Shown in pieces: positions 19,898 to 30,337 of a stretch of DNA of 64,000 nucleotides. The DNA is from Methanobacteriota archaeon (GTDB lineage Archaea; Halobacteriota; Bog-38; Methanoflorentales; Methanoflorentaceae). Each line of letters opens with the position of its first letter. The first letter of the stretch is position 1. Where the stretch lies: assembly GCA_963720465.1 (NCBI GenBank), contig OY970393.1:384001-448000 (forward strand). Direction: 5' to 3'. The position numbers and the translations under genes are program-made. The notes under the pieces were generated by a model that made no database searches, had not been told where the DNA came from, and was given only the letters and a program-made list of their open reading frames with translations.

Positions 19898-20704
19898 TCA
19901 GAGAACGATACGGGCTCCACAATTGTATATTGCCGTCTTTCGAACGGTTCCGAATTCACTGAGCGCATTAGAGGGATCTATGCCATAAACCGCATCCCCG
20001 AGCATCGCTATCGACGCGCACCCGCCGCTCGCCTCTACGGCCTCGACCGCGTCTCGCGCTTTGTGACTCAGCAGTTCGGTGTCACGCGCAAATTGCCGAG
20101 ACAAACGCATGAATTCGCTAAATGTGGGCCTGGTGATCAGTTTCTTAAGCGCGGCTGATCCAAATTTCTCTATTGCAGCGAGCGCGCTTCGATCTGCCAA
20201 GATTTCAGGCGTTGAAAGTGGTCCGAACACAAGATAAGAGATTTCGAGCGGCGGAGTGGGAATTCGATCGACCGAATTTTGGCGCCTGATGACGACACCT
20301 CCAACAGCTTGAGCGATAACGTCTCCGACTCCGGTCTTATTGACAATTTCTGCGCGCTGGGCGGTCTTGCAAAGCGCGTTAAAACTGAGATTGAGCCCGC
20401 ATAGACGGTTAAGGGAAAGTGCAGTGCTTAAAGCGCCGGCACCACTCGTGCCGAGGCCACAGCTGATCGGCCCTGCGAGCTCCGTCCTTATATCGACTTG
20501 CTTCGCAGATAGAGAGGCGATGACCGTCTTTGTGGTAGGCGCGAGAGATAGCTCTTTGTTGATATACACGCTGCCATCGCCTGCGAAGGCTTCAGTCGTT
20601 GCGCCATCGGCGATGACAATGCCGCACCCTACTGAGGAGATCCCTGCCCGGTCGGGCTTCAGCGCGAAAAACCCCGTTATGTGAAAAGGGCAAAACGCTT
20701 TCAT
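19898..20704 (-). CDS. Pantoate kinase (GHMP family)
   Basis: AFCPFHITGFF, GLGTSGA and TGVGDV; adjacent to coaBC. Confidence 0.88.
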   Translation of the reverse strand: MKAFCPFHITGFFALKPDRAGISSVGCGIVIADGATTEAFAGDGSVYINKELSLAPTTKTVIASLSAKQVDIRTELAGPISCGLGTSGAGALSTALSLNRLCGLNLSFNALCKTAQRAEIVNKTGVGDVIAQAVGGVVIRRQNSVDRIPTPPLEISYLVFGPLSTPEILADRSALAAIEKFGSAALKKLITRPTFSEFMRLSRQFARDTELLSHKARDAVEAVEASGGCASIAMLGDAVYGIDPSNALSEFGTVRKTAIYNCGARIVL

Positions 20705-21855
20705 GAGTCGTTCATTCGACGAACTATAGCGTCCATGATCTTCTGAGCGAGGAATGCCTTGTCGCCTTGGTGCCGTTCGACCTGTGAGTTGACAATGTAA
20801 ATTTCGTTATCTTCCGTGCCCATGCCTCGGAACGTTACATCGTTAGCGACTACCAGATCGACAGGGATAGATCTGGCGCATTCAATCAGAGCGTCAGGAG
20901 TTGTGTGTGTTTCTGCTTTGAAACAAACGATAAAGAGGTTTGGGTACTTAGCTCTGACGATGTCGGTGAGTTTCGGTACATTTTTCAGCGCGAGATGTAG
21001 CTCTTGACCCGATCGTATCTTCTCACTGTGTTTATCGGCTGTATAATCCGAGATGGCCGCCGCGTTGATGAAAATGTCGCACCCTTTCTCGAGCTCAGAA
21101 AGCACCGCTTGAATCATCTCCGTGGCGCTTTCCACAGGCACCTGGTTGACGAGCCGTGCTTCGCCGTTGTGCACGATAGTGACGTCCGCGCCTCTTCTAA
21201 AAGCTTCATACGCAAGCTCTCTGCCAGTTCGCCCCGAACTCCTCGTAGTAAGAATGCGAATTGGATCCAATGATTCTGTCGTTGCTCCGCTGGTTATTAA
21301 GACCCTCTTTTGTCTGAGCTCACCTTCCGAAACGAGTCGTTCGACCACGAGCACGATGTCGTCGAGTTCAGCAAGCTTTGCTTTGCCCTCTTCCAGGCGT
21401 GGCGATACGAAATGCACAAGTGCTTTCAAGCGATCGAGGTTCTCAGCGATGAACGGATGAGAGTACATGGACTCGTGCATCGCCGGGACGATAACTACGG
21501 GCTTTCCCGATCCCAGCGCCGTGGCTGCGCAAGTCGTGACCGGGGTGTCGTCGATGCCGTGCGCCACCTTGCCAATGGTGTTTGCCGTGCACGGGGCAAT
21601 CAGCAGCAAATCTGCCGATCCGCCTTTACCGAGAAATGTAACGTGTTCCACGTTTCCGGTGAGCTGGGTTATCACGGGCTTTTGTGTTGCGTATTGTAGC
21701 GCGTTTGGATGGACTATCTTGCAGGCCGCGTCTGTCATCACGCAATGTATCGTTGCGCCTTTGCGCCTGAGCTCGTGGATGAGCTTGACTGCTTCGACTG
21801 CTGCGATACTGCCAGTAACGCCAATGACGATGGTCTTGCCTTCCAAACTTCTCAT
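20701..21855 (-). CDS. coaBC: Phosphopantothenoylcysteine decarboxylase/ligase
   Basis: GVTGSIAA, APCTANT, PAMH, DPIRILTTRSSG and FKAET. Confidence 0.95.
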   Translation of the reverse strand: MRSLEGKTIVIGVTGSIAAVEAVKLIHELRRKGATIHCVMTDAACKIVHPNALQYATQKPVITQLTGNVEHVTFLGKGGSADLLLIAPCTANTIGKVAHGIDDTPVTTCAATALGSGKPVVIVPAMHESMYSHPFIAENLDRLKALVHFVSPRLEEGKAKLAELDDIVLVVERLVSEGELRQKRVLITSGATTESLDPIRILTTRSSGRTGRELAYEAFRRGADVTIVHNGEARLVNQVPVESATEMIQAVLSELEKGCDIFINAAAISDYTADKHSEKIRSGQELHLALKNVPKLTDIVRAKYPNLFIVCFKAETHTTPDALIECARSIPVDLVVANDVTFRGMGTEDNEIYIVNSQVERHQGDKAFLAQKIMDAIVRRMNDS

Positions 21856-22086
21856 GTGTGTGCATCCGTTATGTTTTTTAAGCTAGTTTCCTCTCGTTTA
21901 ATTCATTAAGTTTTGCATCACACTCATCCAAATGGTGGTACACGGTTGAGTAAGCGAGCGCGGCTCGTCGTATCTAAATAGAACAAACGTCAATAGCAGC
22001 GAGTTTATTTCGGCTACTCGCACCGTAGTGCGTCTAACAAGGATTAAGCGAAATAGCTAATACGCCCCGCCTCGTCTGAGGGTATA

Positions 22087-23547
22087 ATGAAGCAAAACAT
22101 CATACGAAAGGGACGATTAGCGGAGTTCGATGAGCAGGCGCTGCGGTTCACCTCCTCGATCGCCGCGGATGCGTGGTTCTTTCGCTATGATATACTCATT
22201 GATCTCGCTCACGTAGCAATGCTGAAGAAACAAAGCATAATCACACAAACGACGTTCGAGGTGCTGACAAAGGCCCTTCTCAAAATCATGGGGCAGGGGT
22301 ACGCCAAGCTGCCACAGGACGTTGATGACGTCCACGTCGCGATTGAGACTGCGTTAACGGAACGCGCCGGAAGCGCGCAAGCAGGTTGGCTCCACGTTGG
22401 CAGGTCAAGAAACGATGAGGTTGCAACCTGCATTCGCATGGCATTGCGCCACGACTTACTGGCGCTCATGGACGCTGTTCTCGCCTTACAAGATACGCTT
22501 CTGGAACGATCCGGAAGCAACGCCACGACTATTATGCCGGGATTCACGCACTTGCAGCACGCACAACCAACCACGCTCGGGCATCATCTACTTGCGCACA
22601 GTGACGCTCTCGAGCGAGATTTGGCGAGGCTGGCCAACTCGTACGCGCGGACAAATCAATCCCCTCTCGGAGCAGCTGCGTTTGCTTCAACAGGCTGGCC
22701 GCTTGATCGTGATTTTGTTGCGTCAGCGCTTGGCTTTGACGGGATCGTAGAGAATTCTATGGACGCCGTGAGCACGCGTGATTTCGTGATAGAAGCGCTA
22801 GCCGCTGCGTCCAATGTGATGATCACGCTCAGTCGTTTGGCCGAAGAGCTGATATTGTGGAGCACCTCTGAGTTTGGTTACGTTGAAATAGATGACAAGT
22901 TCGCTTCGACAAGCTCTATCATGCCGCAAAAGAAGAACCCCGACACGCTCGAGCTCATTAGGGCTAAGACGGGTACGGTTATTGGAGATTTCACCGCTAG
23001 CGTGGTAATTTGCAAGGCGCTGCCGTTCAGCTACAATCTGGACTTACAAGAGATTACACCTCATTTGCAGCAGGCGATTGCGACAACAATCGATTGTGTT
23101 CGTATCGCGAGTGCGGTGCTGCAAACCATTTCGATCAACAAACAACGGCTTGCTGAAATGAGCTCTGTGGGTTTCACCACTGCAACTGAGCTGGCTGACA
23201 CGATCGCGCGCACCGCACACGTTCCTTTTCGAACGGCACACACGATTGTCGGGGACCTCGTGCGCGTCGGCACGTGCGACTTGGGTGCAATTGACCAAGT
23301 TGGGTTGCGACACCTCGGAAAGCCACTCTCGCTGCTTGGTCTGACGGCAGACGATGTCGCAGAGGCCCTTGACGTCAATCGGAACGTTGCAAAGCGCGAT
23401 ATCGCGGGCGGGCCCGCCGCCAGCCAGCTCAAACGAATGATGAGAGCGCGACGCAGGCGGCATCGGATGCGACAGCAACGTCTCTTGCTGCGACAGACGG
23501 CACTGCAGACGGCGGAGAAGAACCTGCTAAAAGGGTCCGGAGCTTAG
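22087..23547 (+). CDS. argH: Argininosuccinate lyase
   Basis: GRSRND, MPGFTHLQHAQP and SSIMPQKKNPD. Confidence 0.96.
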   Translation: MKQNIIRKGRLAEFDEQALRFTSSIAADAWFFRYDILIDLAHVAMLKKQSIITQTTFEVLTKALLKIMGQGYAKLPQDVDDVHVAIETALTERAGSAQAGWLHVGRSRNDEVATCIRMALRHDLLALMDAVLALQDTLLERSGSNATTIMPGFTHLQHAQPTTLGHHLLAHSDALERDLARLANSYARTNQSPLGAAAFASTGWPLDRDFVASALGFDGIVENSMDAVSTRDFVIEALAAASNVMITLSRLAEELILWSTSEFGYVEIDDKFASTSSIMPQKKNPDTLELIRAKTGTVIGDFTASVVICKALPFSYNLDLQEITPHLQQAIATTIDCVRIASAVLQTISINKQRLAEMSSVGFTTATELADTIARTAHVPFRTAHTIVGDLVRVGTCDLGAIDQVGLRHLGKPLSLLGLTADDVAEALDVNRNVAKRDIAGGPAASQLKRMMRARRRRHRMRQQRLLLRQTALQTAEKNLLKGSGA

Positions 23548-23548
23548 A

Positions 23549-24814
23549 ATGGGCGATATAGGACACGGTGATCGCGTCAAGGTGGTGAAGGACAAAAACG
23601 AGTTTTTCGGCGTGTTAATGCCGAGTGTGACTGACTTTATCGCGATCAAACTCGACAGTGGGTACAATGTAGGCTTCGCGCCCGAGCATGTAACGATGAC
23701 GCTGGTCGAAAAGGGAGCGCCGCTCGTCGCAAAGCGATTGCCGCGGCGTGCGCGCCCTGAACTACCACAGCTGAGCATCATTTCCACTGGGGGCACCATA
23801 GCTAGCAAAATCGACTACCGAACAGGCGCGGTGACGAGTCAATTTGACGCGGATGACATTATCGACGCGATTCCAGGCTTAGCTGAAATCGCTAACATTG
23901 AAGGCACAATGCTCTTCAACGTGCTGAGCGAAAATATGCAGCCAGAATCGTGGTCAGAGCTCGCTCAATGCGTTTACAACGAAGTCCGCGCGGGAGCCGA
24001 TGGGGTACTCGTAACCCACGGGACGGACACCCTGGCGTACAGCGCCGCTGCCTTGTCATTTATGCTCCAGGTACCCGTGCCGGTTGTACTCGTCGGTTCC
24101 CAAAGATCTGCCGATCGACCGAGCAGCGACAACGTCGTTAATGCTATCTGTGCCGCAGTAGCAGCTACAAGCGACCTTGCAGGAGTGTTTGTTGTAATGC
24201 ACGAGGACGCGTCGGATGACGCGTGCCTCGTCCACCGAGGAACCCGCACCAAAAAAATGCACACGTCACGACGCGACGCGTTTCGGTCAGTCAACGCCTC
24301 GCCGATTGCACGCGTCATCTATAAGGAACGGTCGTTGCAGTTTCTAAGCGATCACACGAGTCGAGGCGGCTGCGAACTCTCCGTTCACCCGCGGATCGAG
24401 CCGAAGTGCGCTCTCGTCAAGTTCTTCCCGGGAGCGACTCCTGCTATTGTGGACTACTATGTGGCACAAGGATACAAGGGCTTGGTCATCGAAGGGACCG
24501 GTTTGGGGCACGTCGCAAGCGATTGGATTCCGCACATAAAAAAGGCTTCAGATGTTATGCCAGTCGTAATAACCTCTCAGTGTGTTTATGGGAGGGTGTG
24601 CGACAGAGTCTACGATACTGGGCGCGATCTCCTGAGCGCAGGTGTGATCGAAGGTGACGATATGCTGAGCGAAACAACGCTCGTTAAGCTCATGTGGGTG
24701 CTGGGCCAGACGTCCGATCGTTTTGAGATTGCTAGGCTTTTGAAAACTGACATCGCTGGGGAGATAAGCGCGGATGCGACTAGGACGCTAAGCACGTTTG
24801 AGGAGCTGCCGTGA
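23549..24814 (+). CDS. gatD: Glu-tRNA(Gln) amidotransferase subunit D
   Basis: KLDSGYNVG, STGGTIAS, HGTDT and GSQRSADRPSSD. Confidence 0.96.
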   Translation: MGDIGHGDRVKVVKDKNEFFGVLMPSVTDFIAIKLDSGYNVGFAPEHVTMTLVEKGAPLVAKRLPRRARPELPQLSIISTGGTIASKIDYRTGAVTSQFDADDIIDAIPGLAEIANIEGTMLFNVLSENMQPESWSELAQCVYNEVRAGADGVLVTHGTDTLAYSAAALSFMLQVPVPVVLVGSQRSADRPSSDNVVNAICAAVAATSDLAGVFVVMHEDASDDACLVHRGTRTKKMHTSRRDAFRSVNASPIARVIYKERSLQFLSDHTSRGGCELSVHPRIEPKCALVKFFPGATPAIVDYYVAQGYKGLVIEGTGLGHVASDWIPHIKKASDVMPVVITSQCVYGRVCDRVYDTGRDLLSAGVIEGDDMLSETTLVKLMWVLGQTSDRFEIARLLKTDIAGEISADATRTLSTFEELP

Positions 24815-26709
24815 AAGAGCGCGACTACAAAAAAGTCGGCCTGAAAGCAGGCTTGGAGATTCATCAACAGCTGAACACCACGTCAAAACTGTTTTGCAGC
24901 AGCCCGACCGAATTGCGGGACACAAAAGACGCGTCCTACGAGTTTCATCGCTACCTCCGGCCTTCAAAGAGCGAGATGGGTGAGATCGATCGTGCTGCAA
25001 TCGAAGAGGGGATCGGCACTCGGCGCTTTACGTATAAGGAGTACGAGAGTACGTGCCTTGTAGAAAATGATGATGAACCGCCGCTGGAAATGAACCTTGA
25101 GGGCCTAAAAATCGCGCTTCAAATAGCCCTCCTGCTGCAGATGCAACCTTTCGAGCAAGCCCATACTATGAGGAAACTGGTAATAGATGGGTCTAACACG
25201 AGCGGGTTCCAGCGAACGGCACTCCTTGCAGCAGATGGATACGTGTCGCTTGGCAGCGGTTCTGTTCGAATAGACACGCTGTCAATCGAGGAGGAAGCAG
25301 CGCAAATAGTCGACAAAGACGTTTATTCCCTCGACCGGCTCGGCATCCCGCTTGTTGAAATCGGCACCGCCCCAGACGTGACAACGCCTAAGATGGCACG
25401 AGAGCTTGCGCTTGCGATTGGAACGATCTTGCGCGCTTGTAAGGTCAAGCGAGGGATTGGAACGATCAGGCAGGATATAAATATCTCCATCGGGGGCGGT
25501 GCACGCGTCGAAATTAAGGGCGTACAGGCACTTGACCTTATTGAAGACATTGTGCACCTCGAAGTCACGAGGCAGCTGAACCTGCTAAAAATCCGAGACG
25601 AGTTACAAGAGCGCGGAGCGCGCGTAGAAAAACCAGTCGAAGTCAGTTCGATATTTGCCCATACTGCGTCAAACGTGCTTAAGAAAAAACACGTGTGGGG
25701 CCTGTTGCTTCCCGGCTTTGCCGGCCTCGTAGGCAAGGATATCCAACCTGACCGCCGACTCGGTTCCGAATTCGCGGATCACGCAAAGAAGAGAGGGGTT
25801 GCCGGTATTTTTCACACCGACGAGTTGCCGCGATACGGAATTACGTCTCAGGAAACTAAGACCCTCTTACGGTTCTTGAAAGCAGAGGAAAGCGATGCGG
25901 TTGTGATACTCGCAGACGAAAACGTTAAGAAGTGCGTCAATGCGATTTCTGCTGTCATGGGCCGCGCCAAGGCAGCCGCGGAGGGCGTGCCCGAAGAAAC
26001 GCGACGCGCGCTGACCAATGGATGTTCTGAATATATGCGGCCCCTTCCCGGAGCGGCCCGCATGTACCCGGAGACGGACGTGTCTCCCATCGCGCTTCCG
26101 ACTGCGCTCATTGACCGTATCAAAGCGCATTTGCCTGAGAGGCTCGATAATCGAATGCGTCGCTACAAGCAGGATTTTCTCCTTAACGACGAGTTAGCGA
26201 GGCAAATAGCGTGGTCTGAAAACAGCCGACTGTTTGAGCACGTCATGCGCCTCTGGGCAGGCCTAGGCGGCAGCCCCGGTCGAGACGAAATAAAAGATTT
26301 TGCAACATTCGTAGTGCGAACGCTTGAAGGAACGATCGCAGAGTTGAAAAGGGACAACGTGCCTGTCGACTGTCTAACCCGTGAAAACACACTTGATGTT
26401 TTCAGGCTTGTGAGTTCTAAGACTATATCAAAGGAAGGCGTGCCAGAAATCCTCCGTTGCCTCGCCGAATGTCCGACGAAAGCGGCAAACGATGCAGCAG
26501 CAGAGCTTGGATTTGTCATGTTGAGCGAGCGCGAGCTTCAAACGATCGTAGACGCCGTCGTGCAATCGCGACTCGAGTTTGTTAAGGCAAAAGGTGTGGG
26601 TGCTGTAGGCCCCCTTATGGGCGTCGTTATGAAGCAAGTCAGAGGCAAGGCAGACGGAAAACTGGTGAACGAAGTGCTTCACGCAAAGATTCTGTCTGTT
26701 CTTCAGTAG
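24811..26709 (+). CDS. gatE: Glu-tRNA(Gln) amidotransferase subunit E
   Basis: GLEIHQQL, IDGSNTSGFQRT and RPLPGAARMYPETD. Confidence 0.96.
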   Translation: MKERDYKKVGLKAGLEIHQQLNTTSKLFCSSPTELRDTKDASYEFHRYLRPSKSEMGEIDRAAIEEGIGTRRFTYKEYESTCLVENDDEPPLEMNLEGLKIALQIALLLQMQPFEQAHTMRKLVIDGSNTSGFQRTALLAADGYVSLGSGSVRIDTLSIEEEAAQIVDKDVYSLDRLGIPLVEIGTAPDVTTPKMARELALAIGTILRACKVKRGIGTIRQDINISIGGGARVEIKGVQALDLIEDIVHLEVTRQLNLLKIRDELQERGARVEKPVEVSSIFAHTASNVLKKKHVWGLLLPGFAGLVGKDIQPDRRLGSEFADHAKKRGVAGIFHTDELPRYGITSQETKTLLRFLKAEESDAVVILADENVKKCVNAISAVMGRAKAAAEGVPEETRRALTNGCSEYMRPLPGAARMYPETDVSPIALPTALIDRIKAHLPERLDNRMRRYKQDFLLNDELARQIAWSENSRLFEHVMRLWAGLGGSPGRDEIKDFATFVVRTLEGTIAELKRDNVPVDCLTRENTLDVFRLVSSKTISKEGVPEILRCLAECPTKAANDAAAELGFVMLSERELQTIVDAVVQSRLEFVKAKGVGAVGPLMGVVMKQVRGKADGKLVNEVLHAKILSVLQ

Positions 26710-26719
26710 AGGTGATTTC

Positions 26720-27769
26720 CTGCAGAGCACGGAACTGCTGTATGACTTGGTGGGCATCCCGAGCACTAGCACGCACGAGCATGATATCAGTCTTTTTGTC
26801 GAAGAAATGCTGCGTGACCTCGGAATGGAAATCATGCGCTCTGGCAACAATCTTATCGGAAAGCTGGGTCGCGAGGGGCCTGTGCTAGCACTGTGCGGCC
26901 ACCTCGATACGGTGCCTCCATTTTTCCCGCCTAGAATTCAAGGGCGAAAGCTTTATGGGAGGGGTGCAGCCGATGACAAGGGTGGTCTGGCTGCTGTCAT
27001 CAACGCTGTGGCGAACACTGACCAGGAACGGCTCCGTGGCACGCTGCTTACGGCGTTCGTCGTCGACGAAGAGCTCATAAGCCGCGGCGCTCAGGAAGTG
27101 TTGCCCCAGCTGCACGCTGACTTTGGCATCGTTTGCGAGCCGACGAATCTGAAGATTGTAAACGGGCACAAAGGGCGCATAGCGTTTCGCATCCAATCCA
27201 TCGGCAAAAGAGCACATGCGAGTAAGCCTGAGCTCGGGAAGAACGCCATCGTTGAGATGGCAAAGCTTGTGTTGCGGCTCGAAAAGATTCCGCTGATCCA
27301 GCATCCGGAGCTTGGTCACGAAACGATGACGGTTAGTACTATTGCTGCTGGAGATGCCGTTAACATCGTTCCCGATCTTTGTTCGATTGACGTTGACTAT
27401 CGCTACGTGCCTCCCGACGATGCATCTAGTGTCTTAGCCAGGCTGAGGGCGAAATTGCCAGAGGCGCGAATAGAATTCGCGGACGACCCCAAAAATTTCA
27501 CGCGCCCATTCTACTTGCCCGCTCACCAGATCATCACGTGGTTGAGCGAGTCTATAAACAGGAGCGGCCTCGAGCCGCAGACGGTCACAATGGATGCGGG
27601 CACTGACGCGTCGCGCTTTAATGAGGTCGGAATACCAACTGTCGTCTTCGGGCCCGGAGGCATCGCGCAGGCTCACACGTCCGATGAATGGATAGAGCTT
27701 CGCGAAGTGGAGAAGGCAAGTGTCGTCTTTCAAGAGCTGATCAAAAGAGTTTTGACGACAAAACGCTGA
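26720..27769 (+). CDS. M20 metallopeptidase (ArgE/DapE/LysK-like deacylase)
   Basis: GHLDTV, GRGAADDKG, DEE, CEPT and AHTSDE. Probable CTG start 4 nt after GAGGTGA. Confidence 0.88.
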   Translation: MQSTELLYDLVGIPSTSTHEHDISLFVEEMLRDLGMEIMRSGNNLIGKLGREGPVLALCGHLDTVPPFFPPRIQGRKLYGRGAADDKGGLAAVINAVANTDQERLRGTLLTAFVVDEELISRGAQEVLPQLHADFGIVCEPTNLKIVNGHKGRIAFRIQSIGKRAHASKPELGKNAIVEMAKLVLRLEKIPLIQHPELGHETMTVSTIAAGDAVNIVPDLCSIDVDYRYVPPDDASSVLARLRAKLPEARIEFADDPKNFTRPFYLPAHQIITWLSESINRSGLEPQTVTMDAGTDASRFNEVGIPTVVFGPGGIAQAHTSDEWIELREVEKASVVFQELIKRVLTTKR

Positions 27770-27950
27770 TTTGGCTGCTGTCACTCTGTTCTCGCTCTCG
27801 CGTCGCTAACGAGGGCGATTTGCACAGAGACACAAGAGTTCTTATTACAGAAAGGCTTAGAGCTATGGCGGTAGCGGGGACTTGCGAGCTGTTGACAACA
27901 TAAGACGACGCACCAGTCCGCTTTTCAAAACAGATCTTCACTGAACAACC

Positions 27951-28673
27951 ATGCTTGTCGAATCCATTTCTTTTTTGTTGCTCGCTTTTCTCATACTCGT
28001 GCTGCTCGTGTTGGGATTCGAGACCGTCGGTTTCAGATTGTCAGAAGCTGTGCTGATCTTTGTAGGATCAACTTTGTTGTTCCTGATTTCATTTCCTTCG
28101 ATATTGCTGTATTTTCGTGGTTCTTTGGGTATCGGCATTATTGACGTGCCGCTTGGGATCCTAGCATTTCAGGGTTTTTTAGTGGTGGGTCCGAGAAGCG
28201 ATCTTGCCATCGGCTTCGATGTCGCTGGTTTTCTTATCCCGTTCTTTATTTCGCTAAAGATGATGTTCGACCGGCGAAGCCCAATCCGTGAAAGTCTCAT
28301 CGGAATCGCGTTTATTGCCGTCGTTTCCTATTTAAGTTCAGCGTACGTGGCAGGAGAAGGCGTTGTTATCTCAAATATCTACCTTATCGCAATTGTCGCA
28401 AGCATCATAGGCATAGTGCTTGCAAACAGGCAATGGAGAAGCGTAGGTCCGATTGCTTACGTATCTGGTTCATTGGGAGTACTGATAGGTGCGGATCTCG
28501 TCCGAATCGGCGACATTCTAACCTACCAGCCCACAGGCTTCGCGTTTGCTTCGATTGGGGGCGCAGGCGTTTTTGATGCAATCTTTTTAGTCGGAGTTTT
28601 GGCGGTGACCATCGACGTGATCTTTGTTGAAAACGTGCGGTTGATAAATTGGATCCAAAGACGCCTGGCTTAG
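27951..28673 (+). CDS. DUF1614-like membrane protein
   Basis: AYVSGSLGVLIGADL and SIGGAGVFDAIFL. Confidence 0.85.
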   Translation: MLVESISFLLLAFLILVLLVLGFETVGFRLSEAVLIFVGSTLLFLISFPSILLYFRGSLGIGIIDVPLGILAFQGFLVVGPRSDLAIGFDVAGFLIPFFISLKMMFDRRSPIRESLIGIAFIAVVSYLSSAYVAGEGVVISNIYLIAIVASIIGIVLANRQWRSVGPIAYVSGSLGVLIGADLVRIGDILTYQPTGFAFASIGGAGVFDAIFLVGVLAVTIDVIFVENVRLINWIQRRLA

Positions 28674-28840
28674 CTCGGCAACTCTTTCTTGCACGACCTT
28701 CGCGTATCAACACACGGGACGCAACGTGGTTAGTTCTCACGGACATCAGTGCCGAAGAAAACGTTTTATAGGTAGCTCCACAATTGTGGACGTGGAGATA
28801 CGTATGCACTCGAGGGATCGTTTTCTTCATCAATTCGAGA

Positions 28841-30337
28841 ATGAACAATGAAGTAGTCACTTTTTTTGATACGACGCTACGTGATGGAGAGCAAACACCT
28901 AACGTTTCGCTCACCAGCGAACAGAAGCTTACGATCGCAAAAGCTCTCGACAAGTTAGGCGTCGACGTGATCGAGGCCGGGTTTCCTGTTTCCTCAAAGG
29001 GAGAATATAGCGCGGTAAGAAGCATCGTCAAAGCCGATCTGGCAACGACTGTCTGTGGTCTCGCTCGCGTCATGAAACCAGATATTGACGCGTGCCTAGA
29101 TGCAGGCGTGGGGCTGATTCACGTTTTTGCCTCAACGTCAGATGTGCAGCTGAAGTATTCTATGAAAAAGACGAGACAGGAAGTGTATGATCTGTCGGTC
29201 AACGCAGTCGAATACGTTAAGGAGCACGGGACAAAATGCCTCTTCTCTGCCATGGACGCCACTCGAACTGAACCGGAGTTTCTTGATCGCGTTTGTCGCG
29301 GCGTAGAATCTGTTGGGGCGGACATCATCAACATACCGGATACCGTGGGCATTATGGCTCCCTCACGGATGTTTAACTTCATCAAGCGCATCAAGGGTGT
29401 TGTCAAGGTTCCGATCGACGTGCACTGCCACAACGACTTTGGTCTAGCCGTTGCCAATAGCCTGTCAGCGATCGAAGCCGGCGCCCATCAAGTACAAGTG
29501 ACGGTAAATGGGATTGGTGAGAGGGCTGGGAACGCTGACCTCGCTCAAATGGCGATGGGTTTGTCGAGCATCTTTGGAGCGAAGCTGAACATCAATACTC
29601 AATTCCTTCTCGAGACCTCGCGGTTAGTGGAACGATTCACGAAGATCAATATACCCCCCACGATGCCAATTGTCGGCGAGAACGCGTTCTCGCACGAATC
29701 CGGGATTCATTCTCGCGGAGTGATCGAATGCGCTGACACGTTTGAGCCAGGGATTATGACGCCCGAAATGGTCGGTCAGCGTCGCCGCCTTGTTGCTGGC
29801 AAGCATGCTGGTAAGCACGCAGTCCGCGAGATGCTTAAGGACGCTCGTTTTGACGTCACCGAAGGGGAGCTCGCGCGCATAATGGATCGCGTAAAGGGAA
29901 TAGGCGATCAAGGCCGGCGAGTCACGGACGTTGATTTATACACTATAGCTGAAGCGATCACAAATGAGGTGCTGACGCCGACAATTCTGCTTGAGGAGCT
30001 ATCTGTGATGACGGGCAATCGCATCACTCCAACTGCTACGGTGAAAGCAGTTGTAGATGGGACGATGAAAATCGGGGTCCGTATAGGCACTGGTCCAGTC
30101 GATGCCGCGATTAACGCAGTACATGACATTCTCGGGGGCACCGACGTGCAATTAAGGACATTCAGAATCGACGCGATAACCGGTGGGACTGATGCACTTG
30201 CTGACGTCGTCATCGGCGTCGAAGATTCGCACGGCAATATGGTGACTGCTCGCGCCGCGCGAGGCGATATTGTAATTGCGTCCGTTGAAGCCATGATCAG
30301 TGCGATAAATCGTCTTAAGGCTAGAGACGGTGCGTAG
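28841..30337 (+). CDS. leuA: 2-isopropylmalate synthase (LeuA/CimA family)
   Basis: DTTLRDGEQ, HCHNDFG, GERAGN and a C-terminal regulatory domain. CimA is not excluded. Confidence 0.8.
   Translation: MNNEVVTFFDTTLRDGEQTPNVSLTSEQKLTIAKALDKLGVDVIEAGFPVSSKGEYSAVRSIVKADLATTVCGLARVMKPDIDACLDAGVGLIHVFASTSDVQLKYSMKKTRQEVYDLSVNAVEYVKEHGTKCLFSAMDATRTEPEFLDRVCRGVESVGADIINIPDTVGIMAPSRMFNFIKRIKGVVKVPIDVHCHNDFGLAVANSLSAIEAGAHQVQVTVNGIGERAGNADLAQMAMGLSSIFGAKLNINTQFLLETSRLVERFTKINIPPTMPIVGENAFSHESGIHSRGVIECADTFEPGIMTPEMVGQRRRLVAGKHAGKHAVREMLKDARFDVTEGELARIMDRVKGIGDQGRRVTDVDLYTIAEAITNEVLTPTILLEELSVMTGNRITPTATVKAVVDGTMKIGVRIGTGPVDAAINAVHDILGGTDVQLRTFRIDAITGGTDALADVVIGVEDSHGNMVTARAARGDIVIASVEAMISAINRLKARDGA

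Noticed and set aside
23430-23500. Arg-rich C-terminal stretch of ArgH
   Set aside because: Falls in the variable terminal helix and the protein length is normal.
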